From Octopus sinensis (lineage: Eukaryota): a stretch of DNA of 64,000 nucleotides. Location: the NCBI RefSeq assembly GCF_006345805.1, contig NC_042997.1, positions 24,304,001-24,368,000 of the forward strand. The letters run 5' to 3'. Under the pieces are notes generated by a model. It was not told the origin of the DNA. It ran no database searches and saw nothing but the letters and a program-made list of their open reading frames with translations. Below, one piece after another: positions 27,521-41,836 of this stretch; the stretch's first letter is position 1; each line of letters starts with the position of its first letter. The position numbers were made by a program, and so were the translations under genes.

Positions 27521-29920
27521 TTGAGATGCTGTTCTAAGAGTTGGGTTAGGCAGCAATATTTTGGTCGAAAACCAAGGAAGTAATTATCTTCGAGGAACAT
27601 GATTATTTTCATTCCCTTAATTTTTTCCATGATTTTTATTATATGAGGCCAGAGAGAAAAGCCATTAATTTTTAGCATCTGCTTTGCTTCAGCCTTTATG
27701 AATGGGGCATATTAAGCTTTCCATTAATTTGCCCTCATATGTCAGAAAACTCTAAAAGAGAGATCGCAGTAGTTTTGCAAGGGCTCATTTACACGTTCTT
27801 AGGATTGCTGGAAAATATAAGAACCAGTCGTTGAGTTTAGGCATATTTCATGTATGATTAGTATGACACTTTCGTATCTTATGCCGATGTAATCGAGCGT
27901 TACTGCCTGCCATAAGCAACAAGAACCACATAAAATCGGATTGGCCGCAGAATTGTATTCCCTCTGAAATGCTTTTACGATGCTTATAGCGTTGAATGCA
28001 CAAATCTGGCGAGTGATCTTTTAAATAATTGTGGTTGTTATTCGTTTTTTGATTCTCTCGCCTATTGCCGATCGTAGTTTTCTGAAGAAGAGAAGCATCT
28101 AAGGAATCGTTCATGGTATTTTAAAAGAGTTAAACTTTGCCATAATGTTATTCTTCTATGTTAAAATACGTTTAATATATATTTAAAGTTAAAATCGATT
28201 TAAGACCTTCTAACCAAAATAGAATGTGCTTCTTGTAAAAAAAACGTAAGGTATTAATGCAGAAGTGATTTCGTTCGTTGACATGGAGATTGAAATTATT
28301 AGATGTAAAACATTGTTTATTGAAATGAAAAAAAAATTATATTTCTGTTCTTGTATTATCGTACCCGAAAAGATAACGGAATATTAAATCAGATTTAAGA
28401 AGCATAATGAAAGAAAATGTGGTCCAGCCCAACAAGGTCTGCTTTACCCCCGCTATATACAACAGAGATTCTTTGTAAAATTTGCAATAGTATTAACTAT
28501 TGTAAATGGAGAATAGCCAGGTAAATGAGAAGGATTAGTTATACCACTGCCAAAGCAGGGAAAAGCCAGACAGCACGAAAATAACTTTACCCATCCAAAC
28601 CAAATTTAGCATTATATCATAGTAGCGTCCAAAAGAAACAACAATAAAAGTTATATGAGAGAAAAAAAAGCTTATTTCCAAGAAAGGAGAAATACTTTTG
28701 AGTAGAATGTAACATTAATATTTTAGCGAAAAACGTACTTGGAGCACCCGTCTGACCTGTAGCACAAATTCATTGAAAAAACTTTTTAAATAATCCATGT
28801 GACTTGGAAAAAATCCCTTATTAGGATAAAATATGGTATTAATTTTCCAATAGTAAATGCTATAAAGGCATGATAAGAATATGCAAGGACAAAAAAATCT
28901 TATGTTCATTAAGTGAACTTCCACGTTATGTCTAGAAATTCACCAAAATCTACTGTAAAACAACAGAGAGCAAAATGACTTTTTTTCGCTTGACTTAAAC
29001 GTTTTTCGTGGTTTTGGAATGTATAATGACAGAAACCTAGAGTAAAGAAAAGATAAAAATGTCAGTGATTTAATAGCATAGAATAAAGAACTTAGAGATG
29101 CAGTCACACGCCTTGATACAAATGTAAGATATTATAGAAAGGAAATAAGTGTAGAAAACATAAAAAAACAGTATTCAGTTCAAATAAAGCTATTGGGAAG
29201 ATGTTCAAACAACATGTATAAATTTACATATTTGGGAAGAACAATAACGGAAGAGGTAAGGACAAAGAAGTAAAGCGCCGAATTGCAGGCAACAAAAGTG
29301 ACTCTTGCAAAATTAGATCTTCTTTCGAAAATTAAAAATATTATATTAACAAAAAAAAAAAAAAAAAAGAGGATTTTTAAGACTAATGTTAATTTCCCTT
29401 AGGCCAAACTTGGAAGTTGAATACTGAAAGTAATAAAGCGATAATAGCTTTTGAGATAAAATGTTATCATTCAACCACGGTAGTGGTTGAATATATTCTT
29501 AAGTCCACCATTTCGTCAATCGCAGCAGCTTCCAAGCTTCCTCACTAATTCAGTGCTCAACTAAATTGCAAACTGTTAATAATTTGAAAGAGGACACCTC
29601 CTCAGCTACACATTGGCATAAATAGCTTGAGATTTGGTTCCGTAGAAAAAAATGTTACATCAAAATATCTGCGACCTCAATGTATTCATCTTTAATTAAC
29701 ATAAATTTTTTTAAAATTTTAAATTAAAAGTATACCTTTCTTAGGCTTAAATGATAGAAAATGCATGAGGAATTCAGTATTGCTAGTCGCATTGAAAAAA
29801 AAAAATAGTATAAAAAGAGACATGAGGTAAAATGTTACGAAATTTTATGTCAGTAAATAAGGGAGTAACGCTTTAGCAATAAGAATAAAGTGTATATTTC
29901 TAAAATGAATGTTAGTTTTC

Positions 29921-30525
29921 TAAGGCGGTGAGATGGCAGAAACGTTAGCGTACCAGGCGAAACTCTTAACTGTATTTCGTCTGTCTTTAGTTTTTAAGCT
30001 CAAATTTCGCCGAGATCAACTTTGACGTACAGATTATTTGATTAATTTTTTAAAACTAAACACTTTCAAACTTTCGATGCTGGTAGAATATGTCACATAG
30101 AACAGGGTTTAATCTCAACGTTTTTGACAAAATTTTGTATTTTAGAAGCGGTATTTCGTCTGTCTTTACGTTCTGAATTCAAATTCCGCCGAGGTCGTCT
30201 TGCCTTTCATCTATTACAGCTTATTTAATTATTTTTTTCTTAACTAAACACTTTCAAACTTCCGATACTGGTAGAATGTGTCACATAGAAAAGGTTTTAC
30301 TCTTGACGTTTTTGACAAAATTTTGTATTTTAGAAGCGGTATTTCGTCTGTCTTTACGTTCTGAATTCAAATTCCGCCGAGGTCGTCTTGCCTTTCATCT
30401 ATTACAGCTTATTTAATTATTTTTTTCTTAACTAAACACTTTCAAACTTCCGATACTGGTAGAATGTGTCACATAGAAAAGGTTTTACTCTTGACGTTTT
30501 TGACAAAATTTTGAATTTTAGAAGC
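29921..30525 (+). repeat. 188-bp tandem repeat (about 3 units) made of SINE-A head plus an unrelated piece
   Basis: Units 30148-30335 and 30336-30523 differ at one position I could find; first unit diverged and starts with a SINE-A 5' end at 29921. Confidence 0.9.
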
Positions 30526-30627
30526 TTTTTCGTCGGAAGTTACAGAGTGACAATGGACAAATTCGTGTTTGATAAGTGCCAATACACGAAACTCCCAGCT
30601 ATTGATTTACTCTCTAACTTCTGCTGA

Positions 30628-30671
<44 letters not shown>

Positions 30672-31481
30672 TATATATATGTGTAAAAAAATCTCATCAC
30701 GCAATCGAACCAATGAAAGTGCCTCTACTTGGTCGTTCGACATGCTAAAAATAGCAGCCAACGTATCCCCCTCCTTAAATCACACGCCCATTGTATGTAG
30801 TGTCCTAGATTATCCCTAAAAAGACGGTTTGCTGAAGACTGGAATGTCTGTGATGATACGTTTGAGGCTAAATAACAACAACATTATGGTCAATTTTTTA
30901 TATTAACACCTGCACAATTTTCACTAAGAAAAAACAAAAACGACTTTTTGCGGTTCGTAAAAAATGAGGTAGGTCCCCCACTCCAACCCCGGAATCATTG
31001 GAAATTTTTTTTCGTTGAAAGAATTCCTGTGACCTCCTAATATTGCAAAATTAGGATACTTAAGGTGAGTCTGGTAGCTGATGGATTTGGAGTCTTGTTG
31101 TTTGTAACTTTTGGTGAGCCATGGTGCAACCAACAACATGGTAGAAATCTCTGCCATGGATTTGGTGTGGATGAGTTATGTCAAATAATTCAATCACAAC
31201 ATATATTTAAAGTAAACAGGAAAGAAAAATTGAAATATTCTCATCACTTATATGGAAAAATTGAAATATAATCTTTCAGTATTTTATAAGATAAAATCTT
31301 ACATTATTAATTGACACATTATTAATTATCTTATAACAGCAAAGCCTGGAAAAATCATGGATTACATGGAAAAATGCGAGCATGAAAAGTCATATAGTTC
31401 TATATTTAAGAGATGAGGAATTATGTACATTATTTACATTATTTACATTCGACGGATATTTGTCCTCATCTTGTTTGTTGT

Positions 31482-31528
31482 TAACACACCGTTTCGGCTG
31501 ATATTCCCTCCTGCCTTCTTCGGGTGTC
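31482..31528 (-). ncRNA. Degenerate minimal hammerhead motif in SINE-D copy A
   Basis: GACAC CCGAAGA A GGCAG-10nt-CAGCC GAA AC GG T GTGTT; U4 and U16.1 substituted. Confidence 0.5.
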
Positions 31529-31578
31529 TTGGGGAAATTTCAAACCTAGGTTCTCATTCCTAAGGTATTTTTCGATGC

Positions 31579-31625
<47 letters not shown>

Positions 31626-31626
<1 letters not shown>

Positions 31627-31834
31627 TCTCTTTTACTCTTTTACTTGTTTCAGTCATTTGACTGCGGCCATGCTGGAGCACCGCCTTTAGTCGAGCAACT
31701 CGACCCCGGAACTTATTCTTTGTAAGCCCAGTACTTATTCTATCGTTCTCTTTTGCCGAACCGCTAAGTGACGGGGACGTAAACACACCAGCATCGGTTG
31801 TCAAGCAATGCTAGGGGGACAAACACAGACATAG

Positions 31835-31903
<69 letters not shown>

Positions 31904-32060
31904 CGACAGGCTTCTTTCAGTTTCCGTCTACCAAATCCACTCACAAGGCATTGGTCGACCCGGGGCTATAGCAGAAGACACTTGCCCAAGATGCCACGCA
32001 GTGGGACTGAACCCGGAACCATGTGGTTGGTTAGCAAGCTACTTACCACACAGCCACTCC
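31626..32060 (-). mobile_element. SINE-B nested in the (AAT)n of SINE-D
   Basis: Near full length; (ATT)n on both sides. Confidence 0.92.
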
Positions 32061-32070
32061 ATTGTTGTTG

Positions 32071-32107
<37 letters not shown>

Positions 32108-32200
32108 GATTATTATTGTTATTGTTATTGTTCAGGTCACTGATCGGAATCTAAGTCTTGGGATTAGTAGCCCGCGCTCTTAACTACTACGCCATATGCC

Positions 32201-32270
32201 CCAACACACCTGAAGAAGGCTGGAGAGTATATATCAGCCTTCTTAACAACAAATAAGATGAGGACAAATA
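32201..32270 (+). repeat. Inverted partial copy of the SINE-D hammerhead region
   Basis: ACACAC CTGAAGA A GGCTG-12nt-CAGCC, then GAAACGTTGTG replaced by TTC, then TTAACAACAAATAAGATGAGGACAAATA. Confidence 0.8.
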
Positions 32271-33789
32271 TTGGCAATTTTACTTCCTTAAATACAGAAA
32301 AAAGTGACTAAGTAGACGAACTTAAAAATTAGCTGAACAGTTTTGTACAATAAATTTAAAAGATGAGAACTGTAAAGAGTGATAAATTAGAAGAACTAGC
32401 ATTCTTTGGTGCAATATTTTAAGTAAAAATTTTCTTATTCTTTACATTACTAGAAGTAACAGCTTGTCATACTTTTACAAGTGTAATAACTTGTCCGGTA
32501 CATTTCCAGGTTTATAATCTTAAGAATATGACTTTTGATGCTCGCATTTTTCCATGTAATGGAAAGATATTTGGCATTCCATATATAGATGATGAAACTT
32601 ACAGCAAAATCATTGTTTCGAAAAATATCACACACCTTCTACAAGATACAACAGTAAAACGTAGAAACTGTAAGATAACTACAAGTGCACTAAAACTTGG
32701 AACAAAAAGAAATTGCTGAAATATTATTCAAACGACATAAACTTTCGTCTGAAATTTATTTGGCGTTGTGCTTTTTGGGGGCTTCTACAACCACTACTTT
32801 GGTAACCCCATCGTCCTCTTGCTTTTTCTGAGGTGGTTACCTTTAAAACCTATGCATGTTGTAAACGGTTACTTTTCGAATATGTTTAAGCATTTAACTT
32901 ATTTCGTGACAGCTCTGCTTTTAGCTCTCGGTTATATTCAATCACACAGTAAAATTTTCATGAGAAATTCTAAAAAAAGAAAAGAACCAGCATTTTTCCC
33001 TGCGGTAATCATGCAAAAAAATTACTGTTGAACATAAAATACCGACAGAAAATAACCAACAAACAAAAATAAAGATAAAAATACAAAGAACAAGGCCAGC
33101 GGTTTTAATGGGAAGAGTTATTCAGTCACATCGACTCTAATAATTGACGATAGTTTATTTTATCGCCTCCAGAGGTATGAAAGCAAAGTTGACCTCAGCG
33201 AGATTTGAACTGTTAACGTAAAGAGCCGGAACACATAGTGCAAAGAATTTTTCCAACGCTCTTACATTTTTTCCAATCCATCATCGTTTTATAATATTGA
33301 TTCAAATTTAGGCGCATAGCCAGAAAATTTGATGGCACGAGTCGGCGATTACATCGACACTAGTACTCGAAATTTATTGAGCCTGGACAGATGAAAGGAA
33401 AGTTGGCGTCTGTGGGATGCGGTCCAACGGATAACCTCGTTAAGCACATGCAACATCCATTGGAAATCACTTTCAATACAATATCACAACTACGCACAAA
33501 ACATAACCTGTGTATTGGATATGGATGGATATCCATCACTTTCTACGATGAGTATTGAGTTCGAACAATTATCGCCTACTGAATTAGCTTACAAATGGTT
33601 GAGTATTCACAGATACGTGTATATTTGAAATATATTGAGGCAGTCACAAGGTTTAGCTTCAGATTGTGGGTACAATCCAGCCGACGAACTTTCTATAGAG
33701 TTTCTGTCTAGCTTATTTTACCCATAGTATAAAAGGTCAACCCGAGATTACAGAAAATACATTTGCCCAAAGTGCCTGGCAATGACATG

Positions 33790-34200
33790 TTCTTTTCTAC
33801 TTTAGGCAGAAGGCCCGACATTTTTGGGAAGGGGTCCAGTCAATTAGATCGACCCCCAGTACGTAACTTGTACTTAATTTATCGACCCCGAAAGGATGAA
33901 AGGCAAAGTCGAACTAGGCGGAATTTGAACTCAGAGCATAAAGACAGGCGAAATACTGCTAAGTACTTCGCCCGGCGTAATAACGTTTCTTATTTCTTTA
34001 CTAACCACAAGGGGCTAAACATAGTGGGGAGAAACAAGGACAGACAAACAGATTAAGTCGTTTATATCGACCCCAGTGCGTAACTGGTACTTATTTAATC
34101 GACCCCGAAAGGATGAAAGGCAAAGTCGACCTCGGTGGAATTTGAATTAAGAACTTGAAGAAAATAAAAAGTTGTTTGCCCCGTGTGCTAACGATTCTGC
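33790..34200 (-). mobile_element. SINE-A dimer
   Basis: Junction GTAAAGAAATAAGAAACGTT (reverse complement of 33982-34001). Confidence 0.85.
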
Positions 34201-34370
34201 CCGATCGACATTTTCATTTCAGGTTGTATTATTACACTATAAAATAACCCAGCTCACACAGTTCGTACGGTGCCGAGACACCATCCAGGATTACATAAAA
34301 AAATATACACTAATTTACAGAATCTACAACAAACAATAATCAAATAACAAAGCTCACTCTTAAATATGCA

Positions 34371-34774
34371 ATACTCTTTACTCTTTTAATTGTTTCTGTC
34401 ATTTGACTGCGGCCATGCTAGAGCACCGCCTTTAGTCGAGCAAATCTTTGGAAGCCTAGTACTTATTCTATTGGGTCTCTTTTGCCGAACCGCTAAGTTA
34501 CGGGGACGTAAACACACCAGCATCGGTTGTGAAGCGATGTTGATGGGTGGGGAGAACAGACACAGACACACAAACTTATACACACACATACATATATATA
34601 TACATATATAGGACGGTCTTCTTACAGTTTCCGTCTACCAAATCCACTCACAAGGCTTTGGTCTGTCCGAGGCTATAGTAGAAGACACTTGCCCAAGTTG
34701 CCATGCAGTGGGACTGAACCCGGAACCATGTGATTCGTAAGCAAGCTACTTACCACACAGCCACACCTTCGCCT
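34371..34774 (-). mobile_element. SINE-B, full length
   Basis: Colinear with the other copies. Confidence 0.9.
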
Positions 34775-35166
34775 TGACAATATCACATTAAAAGTAAATA
34801 CTTGACAGTATCACATTAAAAGAAAAAAAAACCCAACTAAGTTTCCAATATTCGCCACTAATACTGCCTAACAAAAAAAAAAAAAAAAACCGGTGGGGAG
34901 AATGCAATTTACGTCCTACTTACATTTGCTTATCAGAGAGGAACACAACAATAAAATACAGATAGGATACTAAGTTTCACAAGCTTACATTATTAAAGAA
35001 AGTGATCGGATACATTTGAAGTATTTTAATATAATTTCTGTTTGTTTTCGTATATGTAAATCTCCTCACACGTGCTCAAAGCAAACGAATACATGACCAT
35101 GCAAACTCACCTTGAATTTTTTATCCAACATTTCGGATTCCAAATCAACTTATTGTTTTTCCCTTC

Positions 35167-35204
<38 letters not shown>

Positions 35205-35205
<1 letters not shown>

Positions 35206-35580
35206 GACGGCGAGCTGGCAGAATCGTTAGCACGCCGGACGAAATGCTTAGCAGTATTTCGTCTGCCGTTACGTTCTGTGTTCAAATTCCGCAAAGGTCA
35301 ACTTCGCCTTTCATCCTTTCGGGGTCGATAAATTAAGTAGCAGTTACGCACTGGGATCGATATAATCGACTTAATCCGTCTGTCTGTCCTTGTTTATCTC
35401 CTCTGTGTTTAGCCCCTTGTGGGTAGTAAAGAAATAGGTATTTCGTCTGTCTACGTTCTGAGTTCAAATTCCGCCAAGGTTGACATTGCCTTTCCTCCTT
35501 TCGGGGTCGATTAAATAAGTACCAGTTACGCCCTGGGGTCGATCTAATCGACTTAATCCGTTTGTCTGTACTTATTTGTC
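35205..35580 (+). mobile_element. SINE-A dimer
   Basis: Junction AAAGAAATA|GGTATTTCG at 35436/35437. Confidence 0.88.
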
Positions 35581-35604
35581 CTTTCGGGATCGATAAATTA
35601 GGTA

Positions 35605-35821
35605 AAAGGGGCTAAACACAGAGAGGAAGAACAAGGACAGACAAACAGATTAAGTCGATTATATCGACTCCAGTGCGTAACTGCTACTTATTTAATCGAC
35701 CCCGAAAGAATGAAAGGCAAAGTCGACCTCGGCGGAATTTGAGCTCAGAACGTAACGGCAGACGAAATACCGCTAAGCATTTCGCCCGGCGCGCTAACGT
35801 TTCTGCCAGCTCGCCGCCTTC
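35605..35821 (-). mobile_element. SINE-A inserted in opposite orientation into another SINE-A fragment
   Basis: 16-bp TSD ATCGATAAATTAGGTA at 35589-35604 and 35822-35837. Confidence 0.9.
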
Positions 35822-36109
35822 ATCGATAAATTAGGTACCACTTGCATACTGGAGTCTATCTAATCGACTAGCGACCTCTCCCAAAAGTAAACTAGGAAAG
35901 TTTATTACACGTATGCAAGGCGGCGAACTGGCATTTCGTTCGTCTTTCCGTTCTGAGTACTAATTCATCCATGGTTATCTATGTCTTCCATTCTTTCGGA
36001 ATCGATGAAATAAGTACCAGTGGAATATTGGGGGTCGATATAATCCAGTATACCTCTCCCCAAAGTTTCAGGCCTTGTACGTATAGTAGGATTATAAGAA
36101 ATATATATA

Positions 36110-36506
36110 TCTTTATATATAAAAGTGAAGTTGTGTGTCTGTCTCCTACGATTTAGATTCCTAACTACTCCCACATTTTGCGGTGCAGTTTAACCAAAAC
36201 CGGGTATCTTATAGTCGTGATTCATATCAAGCCCTTCTGGGTATTAGCGCACGTCTACGATGAGTCTACGATTTTAAAAATAATTTACCATCATTTTTTT
36301 CCATTTTAATGCATTTTTTCGCTATTATATAAGGGAAGTAACTCTCTAAAAATGTCTACGATGAGTCAACGATTTAAAAAAAAATTACCATAATTTTTTC
36401 CCCATTTTTAATGCATTTTTTTGCTATTTTTTGGCTATAACTCCCTAAAAATGCTTATATAGTTATTTCCCTCACAAACCCGAGCAACGCCGGGCGATAC
36501 TGCTAG
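36110..36506 (+). mobile_element. Non-autonomous Helitron
   Basis: A|TC 5' end, subterminal hairpin CCCGAGCAACGCCGGG (36479-36494), CTAG|T 3' end, no TSD; internal ~75-bp duplication. Confidence 0.88.
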
Positions 36507-36512
36507 TATATA

Positions 36513-36545
<33 letters not shown>

Positions 36546-37014
36546 CTTGAGAGAGAGGGTGTGAAAGAGAGAAAGGTAGAGAGGGAGCACTTACACACAC
36601 TTCTGTACGAACACCGTCCGTGGATTTCTCAAAATCTCACTCACACACGCGTGACATGGGCTTCCGATCATTCACAATTTCGTAGAAAGGATCGAAGATA
36701 TACAGTCTACATGAGTGATCTTGTGAAACTCTGAGTAACTACGGAGTTAATTCACTGAGTGTTTACAATTAAACAATAGCTTTCCTTCTTTGGGGGATCT
36801 TCCAGTTTTTCAGATATACCTATATGAATAAATATATATATATATGTGTGTATGTATGTACATTTACATAAATACATGCATACATTTACAGAAATATATA
36901 TGCGTACATTTACGTTTAGATATACTTACACATACATGTATACATACGTACACTCACCTATGTATGTATATAGGGAACGAGAGAGAGAGAGACTGAGATG
37001 GAGATAGAGTTATG

Positions 37015-37069
<55 letters not shown>

Positions 37070-37303
37070 TAATTTGTAAATATATACACACACGAGCATA
37101 GACATCAATACATACACTCATACACTTCATATTGTACACGCACACACACACAAATATATACATATATACATATATGTGCGTGAGTGTATTTGTATGTGTG
37201 TGTGTAAGTGTGTTTGCGTGTGTATGTATACATAAATATTATACATATGTATGTATATATGCATGCATGTATGTATATGTATATATATATATATTATATA
37301 TAT

Positions 37304-37358
<55 letters not shown>

Positions 37359-37883
37359 TATATAATATATATATTTCTGCCAGGCGTTTCCGCCTGAAAG
37401 CCTGCCAACTAGCATATCTTTAATGCCAACTAAATAGATAAGGTATACACGACTTTTAACCTCACCAGCCAACTCATCCTTAAGAGACACGTCTCAAAGA
37501 ATGGTGAAGCCAACTCCCATATTCACGTGCCATATTCCATTTACGTTTTGTTTGTCTATTTATTCTGCCACTTGTTTGTGTTTCACACATACTTAGTCTG
37601 GGTTTACACGTCGTACAGTGTTGAAACGGTGTATCTTTCGAAAATATTTACTTATTTAGTCATTCATTCATTCAGTTTTTGCTCTTCTGTTTCTTTGCTT
37701 CAGTCATTCTTTATCTCCCGCTATTATTATTATTATTATTATTATTATTTATTATTTTCGTTTTTTTTTTTTTCGTTTTTCGTTTTTATGGTTCCGCTCG
37801 TGTATTATTTGTTCTTTGGTTTTGATATATTTGCTTCATTTGTTTTATTTTCGCTGTATTTCATTGATTTTTCTTTCAGTCTT

Positions 37884-38330
37884 ACTCTTACTCTTTACTC
37901 TTTTTACTCTTTTACTTGTTTCAGTCATTTGACTGCGGCCATACTGGAGCACCGCCTTTTTTAGTCGAGCAAATCGACCCCGGGACTTATTCTTTTTGTA
38001 AGCCCAGTACTTATTCTATCGGTCTCTTTTTGCCGAACCGCTAAGTGACGGGGACCGTAAACACACCAGCATCGGTTGTCAAGCAATGCTAGGGGGCCAA
38101 ACACAGACACACAAAAACAACACACATACATCATACTATATATATATATATATATATACATATATACGACAGGCTTCTTTCAGTTTCCGTCTACCAAATC
38201 CACTCACAAGGCATTGTCGGCCCGGGGCTATAGTAGAAGACACTTGCCCAAGATGCCACGCAGTGGGACTGAACCCGGAACCATGTGGTTGGTTTTTGCA
38301 TGCTACTTACCACACAGCCACTCCTGCGCC
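37884..38330 (-). mobile_element. SINE-B flanked by a long direct duplication
   Basis: Full length; 37721-37883 is repeated at 38331-38519. Confidence 0.92.
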
Positions 38331-38402
<72 letters not shown>

Positions 38403-39271
38403 TTCGTTTTTTTTTCGTTTTTATGGTTCCGCTCGTGTATTATTTGTTCTTGTTTTTTTTTATATATTTGCTTCATTGTTTTATTTTCGTTGTATTTCAT
38501 TGATTTTTCTTTCAGTCTTCATTCATTTTTGTCTTTCATTGTCTCTAAGTTTCTTTATTTTTCATATTCGCTTCTGTTTTAATTCAGTTGCTCTTTTTTT
38601 TCTTTCTCTAATTCTCTCACTGTCATTCTACTTCTTTGCTTTCTCTCTTCCCCCTCTGCTTGCCTCACACACACACACACTCTCTCTCTCTCTTTCCTGT
38701 ATCTCTACCGTCTCCCTCTCAGTTTTGCTTCATTCATCATTCATCAATCTCTGTTTTTCCTTTATATTTGTCTCCTCATTTACCTGTTTTATGATCAATT
38801 ATTTATAAGGCTTCTGTTTATCCTTATGTTCCTTCAATTTTTTCTTTCTCTCCCCCTCTCAATTTTAATTAGAATTTTTTTCGGCTCTTAATGTACATTC
38901 ATATATTTCTTAATCTAACTCTCTCACCCTCCCTCTCTCTTTCACTGTGTATCTATCTAACTATCGATCTCTACCATTGTCAACTTTTTTTCATATTTTC
39001 TCTCTTTTCTTTTCGAACTCTCTGTCTTCTGTTTCTTCCTTTGATTTCCTCAGACTTTTCTAATCTGTTTACCTGTCTTTCTGTTCTCTCGTTATCATTG
39101 TGTATAATATCCTTTCTTCCTTGCGTTTTTATCCTCGTAAAGTATCTTGCTCTTCCTCATTCTCTCCTTCCCTTTACCTGATTCTTAATTTAACGATGTA
39201 TTTGTTTTATATTATGTTCCATCTTAATCATTTTCCTCATTTGGACGCCTTCACTCACACACATACGAACA

Positions 39272-39337
<66 letters not shown>

Positions 39338-39498
39338 ACACACACCACACCCTACCTGTTTACATAAAAATGCTCATACGCATAACGTCACTCCAATGGC
39401 TTTCAGCAGGTCGTGAAATCGTAGCTGCACCGTTGTGATATAAGGCTTGTTTTGTGTATTTTGGACTTGGAGGATCCCGTCAGGGAGGAGCCAGAAAC

Positions 39499-39549
<51 letters not shown>

Positions 39550-39962
39550 AAATAATCTAACCTGGTAGACTGGTACTTTATTCGATCCCGAAATGACGAG
39601 TTGAGGCAAAGTTGACTTCGGTTATGTGTTAAACCAGAGCATAGAGTGCCAAAACCAATAACTGAATACATTCTATCTGATGCTCTAATGACTTTCTCTA
39701 TTGACCACTTATACTTATATCCTTAAACAAGAAGGCACACGGACAACATCTGCACATATGAGTTAAATAGGGTCTTGAAGTATCATCATACATGTTTATT
39801 CACTAATGGAAAAAAATTTTGAACAAGCCACTGGGCTAAGAATTGATTTCCCAATTAACCTTAATATGACTGAAGGCTGTCACTAATGGCATAGACTTAC
39901 TACCACCAAATTTTAACTACTGTTAAAAACAACAGCAGAAAGCACGTCAACAACAACTAGAG

Positions 39963-39963
<1 letters not shown>

Positions 39964-40043
<80 letters not shown>

Positions 40044-40062
40044 AAACTACTACTACTTTTAC
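39964..40062. repeat. (TAC)n microsatellite
   Basis: Directly visible. Confidence 0.95.
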
Positions 40063-40761
40063 TACACCAATTGAGAGTCGCATAAATTGTTCTGTTTGAA
40101 TTTCTTTGGACTTCTGCGTTTTCAAACTTCTTGTTGCATTTCAGAATATATTGCCTCTGTTCAACATCCACTTCGTTATTTCTAAGGGATCGAAGCTAAG
40201 AAAACAAATAAAGAAAAAATGAAAATTCAGTGAGTTATTAGCTGTTAAAATGTGTATATAATTTTGGAGATACCCTCGTGTGCGTTTTTTTTTTTTTCTT
40301 AACTCCTTTTATTCTTTCCGTATCTTTTTCATCCTGTTTTCTCTCCTTTCCTGGACACTTCTCTGTGTATCCAACGTGAATTTCTGTGTATTTCACTGTG
40401 TATTCTATAACTTTCACTTTACAACTTCCTTCATTTGGGCGTCAAATCAATAATCTTAACAGTGAACGTCCTTTAAACTTTTGTTGATTTTTATTCGAAT
40501 TTTCTTGTGTTACTCATGTACACACAGAGGCACAGACGCAGACACAGACACACCCACACACACACATATACAATACATGTCGGAAGAAGTATGGAAACAA
40601 AAGCTTAAATAGTTTCTACGCTCATTTCACAATTAAGGTTGTTTGGATCCCAGCAATAGGTGTTCCATTTGTATTGATCTTTATCATAACTACATTTCTT
40701 CTGTATTCCATAAATAGTAATAATACTCAGAATTAAACTTACCTAACAACTTAGCAGATAC

Positions 40762-41118
<357 letters not shown>

Positions 41119-41256
41119 CGTGGACATGGGCATACGCCGTAGAGTACTGGATCATAATAAACTGTGTGGGGCTCTAAATATAACAGCAGCAGCCGTATAT
41201 CTATTACACACACACAATATATATATATATATATCGATACGTAGATTTATGCAGGC

Positions 41257-41344
<88 letters not shown>

Positions 41345-41695
41345 GTATGTATGTATTGTATGTATGTATGTATGTATGTATGTATGTATGTTTGTATGTA
41401 TGGTTCAAATTACAATTTGGAGGTGAGAATGTCGTGGGCTCTGCACCGACTTCCACTACGCAAAAAGAATTCTTCCTGTCGGTTGTTCAGTAACAACGTT
41501 TTTTGTTTTGATACTGATCGCACTTACGTTGTTCTCACCGGGAGATTCCCACACGCACTTTCACGCGCACATGCATTTATATAATACAAGTGAGCGTGTA
41601 TATATAGACGTACATATTTATATGCCCCTATATATATATGTTTATCTCTGTGTATGTGCATACGTGTGTATTATGTATATACGTGGGAGGGGGAT

Positions 41696-41728
<33 letters not shown>

Positions 41729-41805
41729 CTGTATACAGATAAATTCCTCTAATTACATAATATCGAGGTCTCTTTCTTTCTTTTGTTGTCTTACCATTTT
41801 TATCA

Positions 41806-41836
<31 letters not shown>

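Larger units (their letters stand above)
31396..32201 (-). mobile_element. SINE-D copy A (tRNA head, (AAT)n, hammerhead-like tail), interrupted by a SINE-B
   Basis: Head GGGCATATGGCGTAGTAGTTAAGAGCGCGGG (32201-32131); tail 31579-31396 colinear with 40762-40930. Confidence 0.85.
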
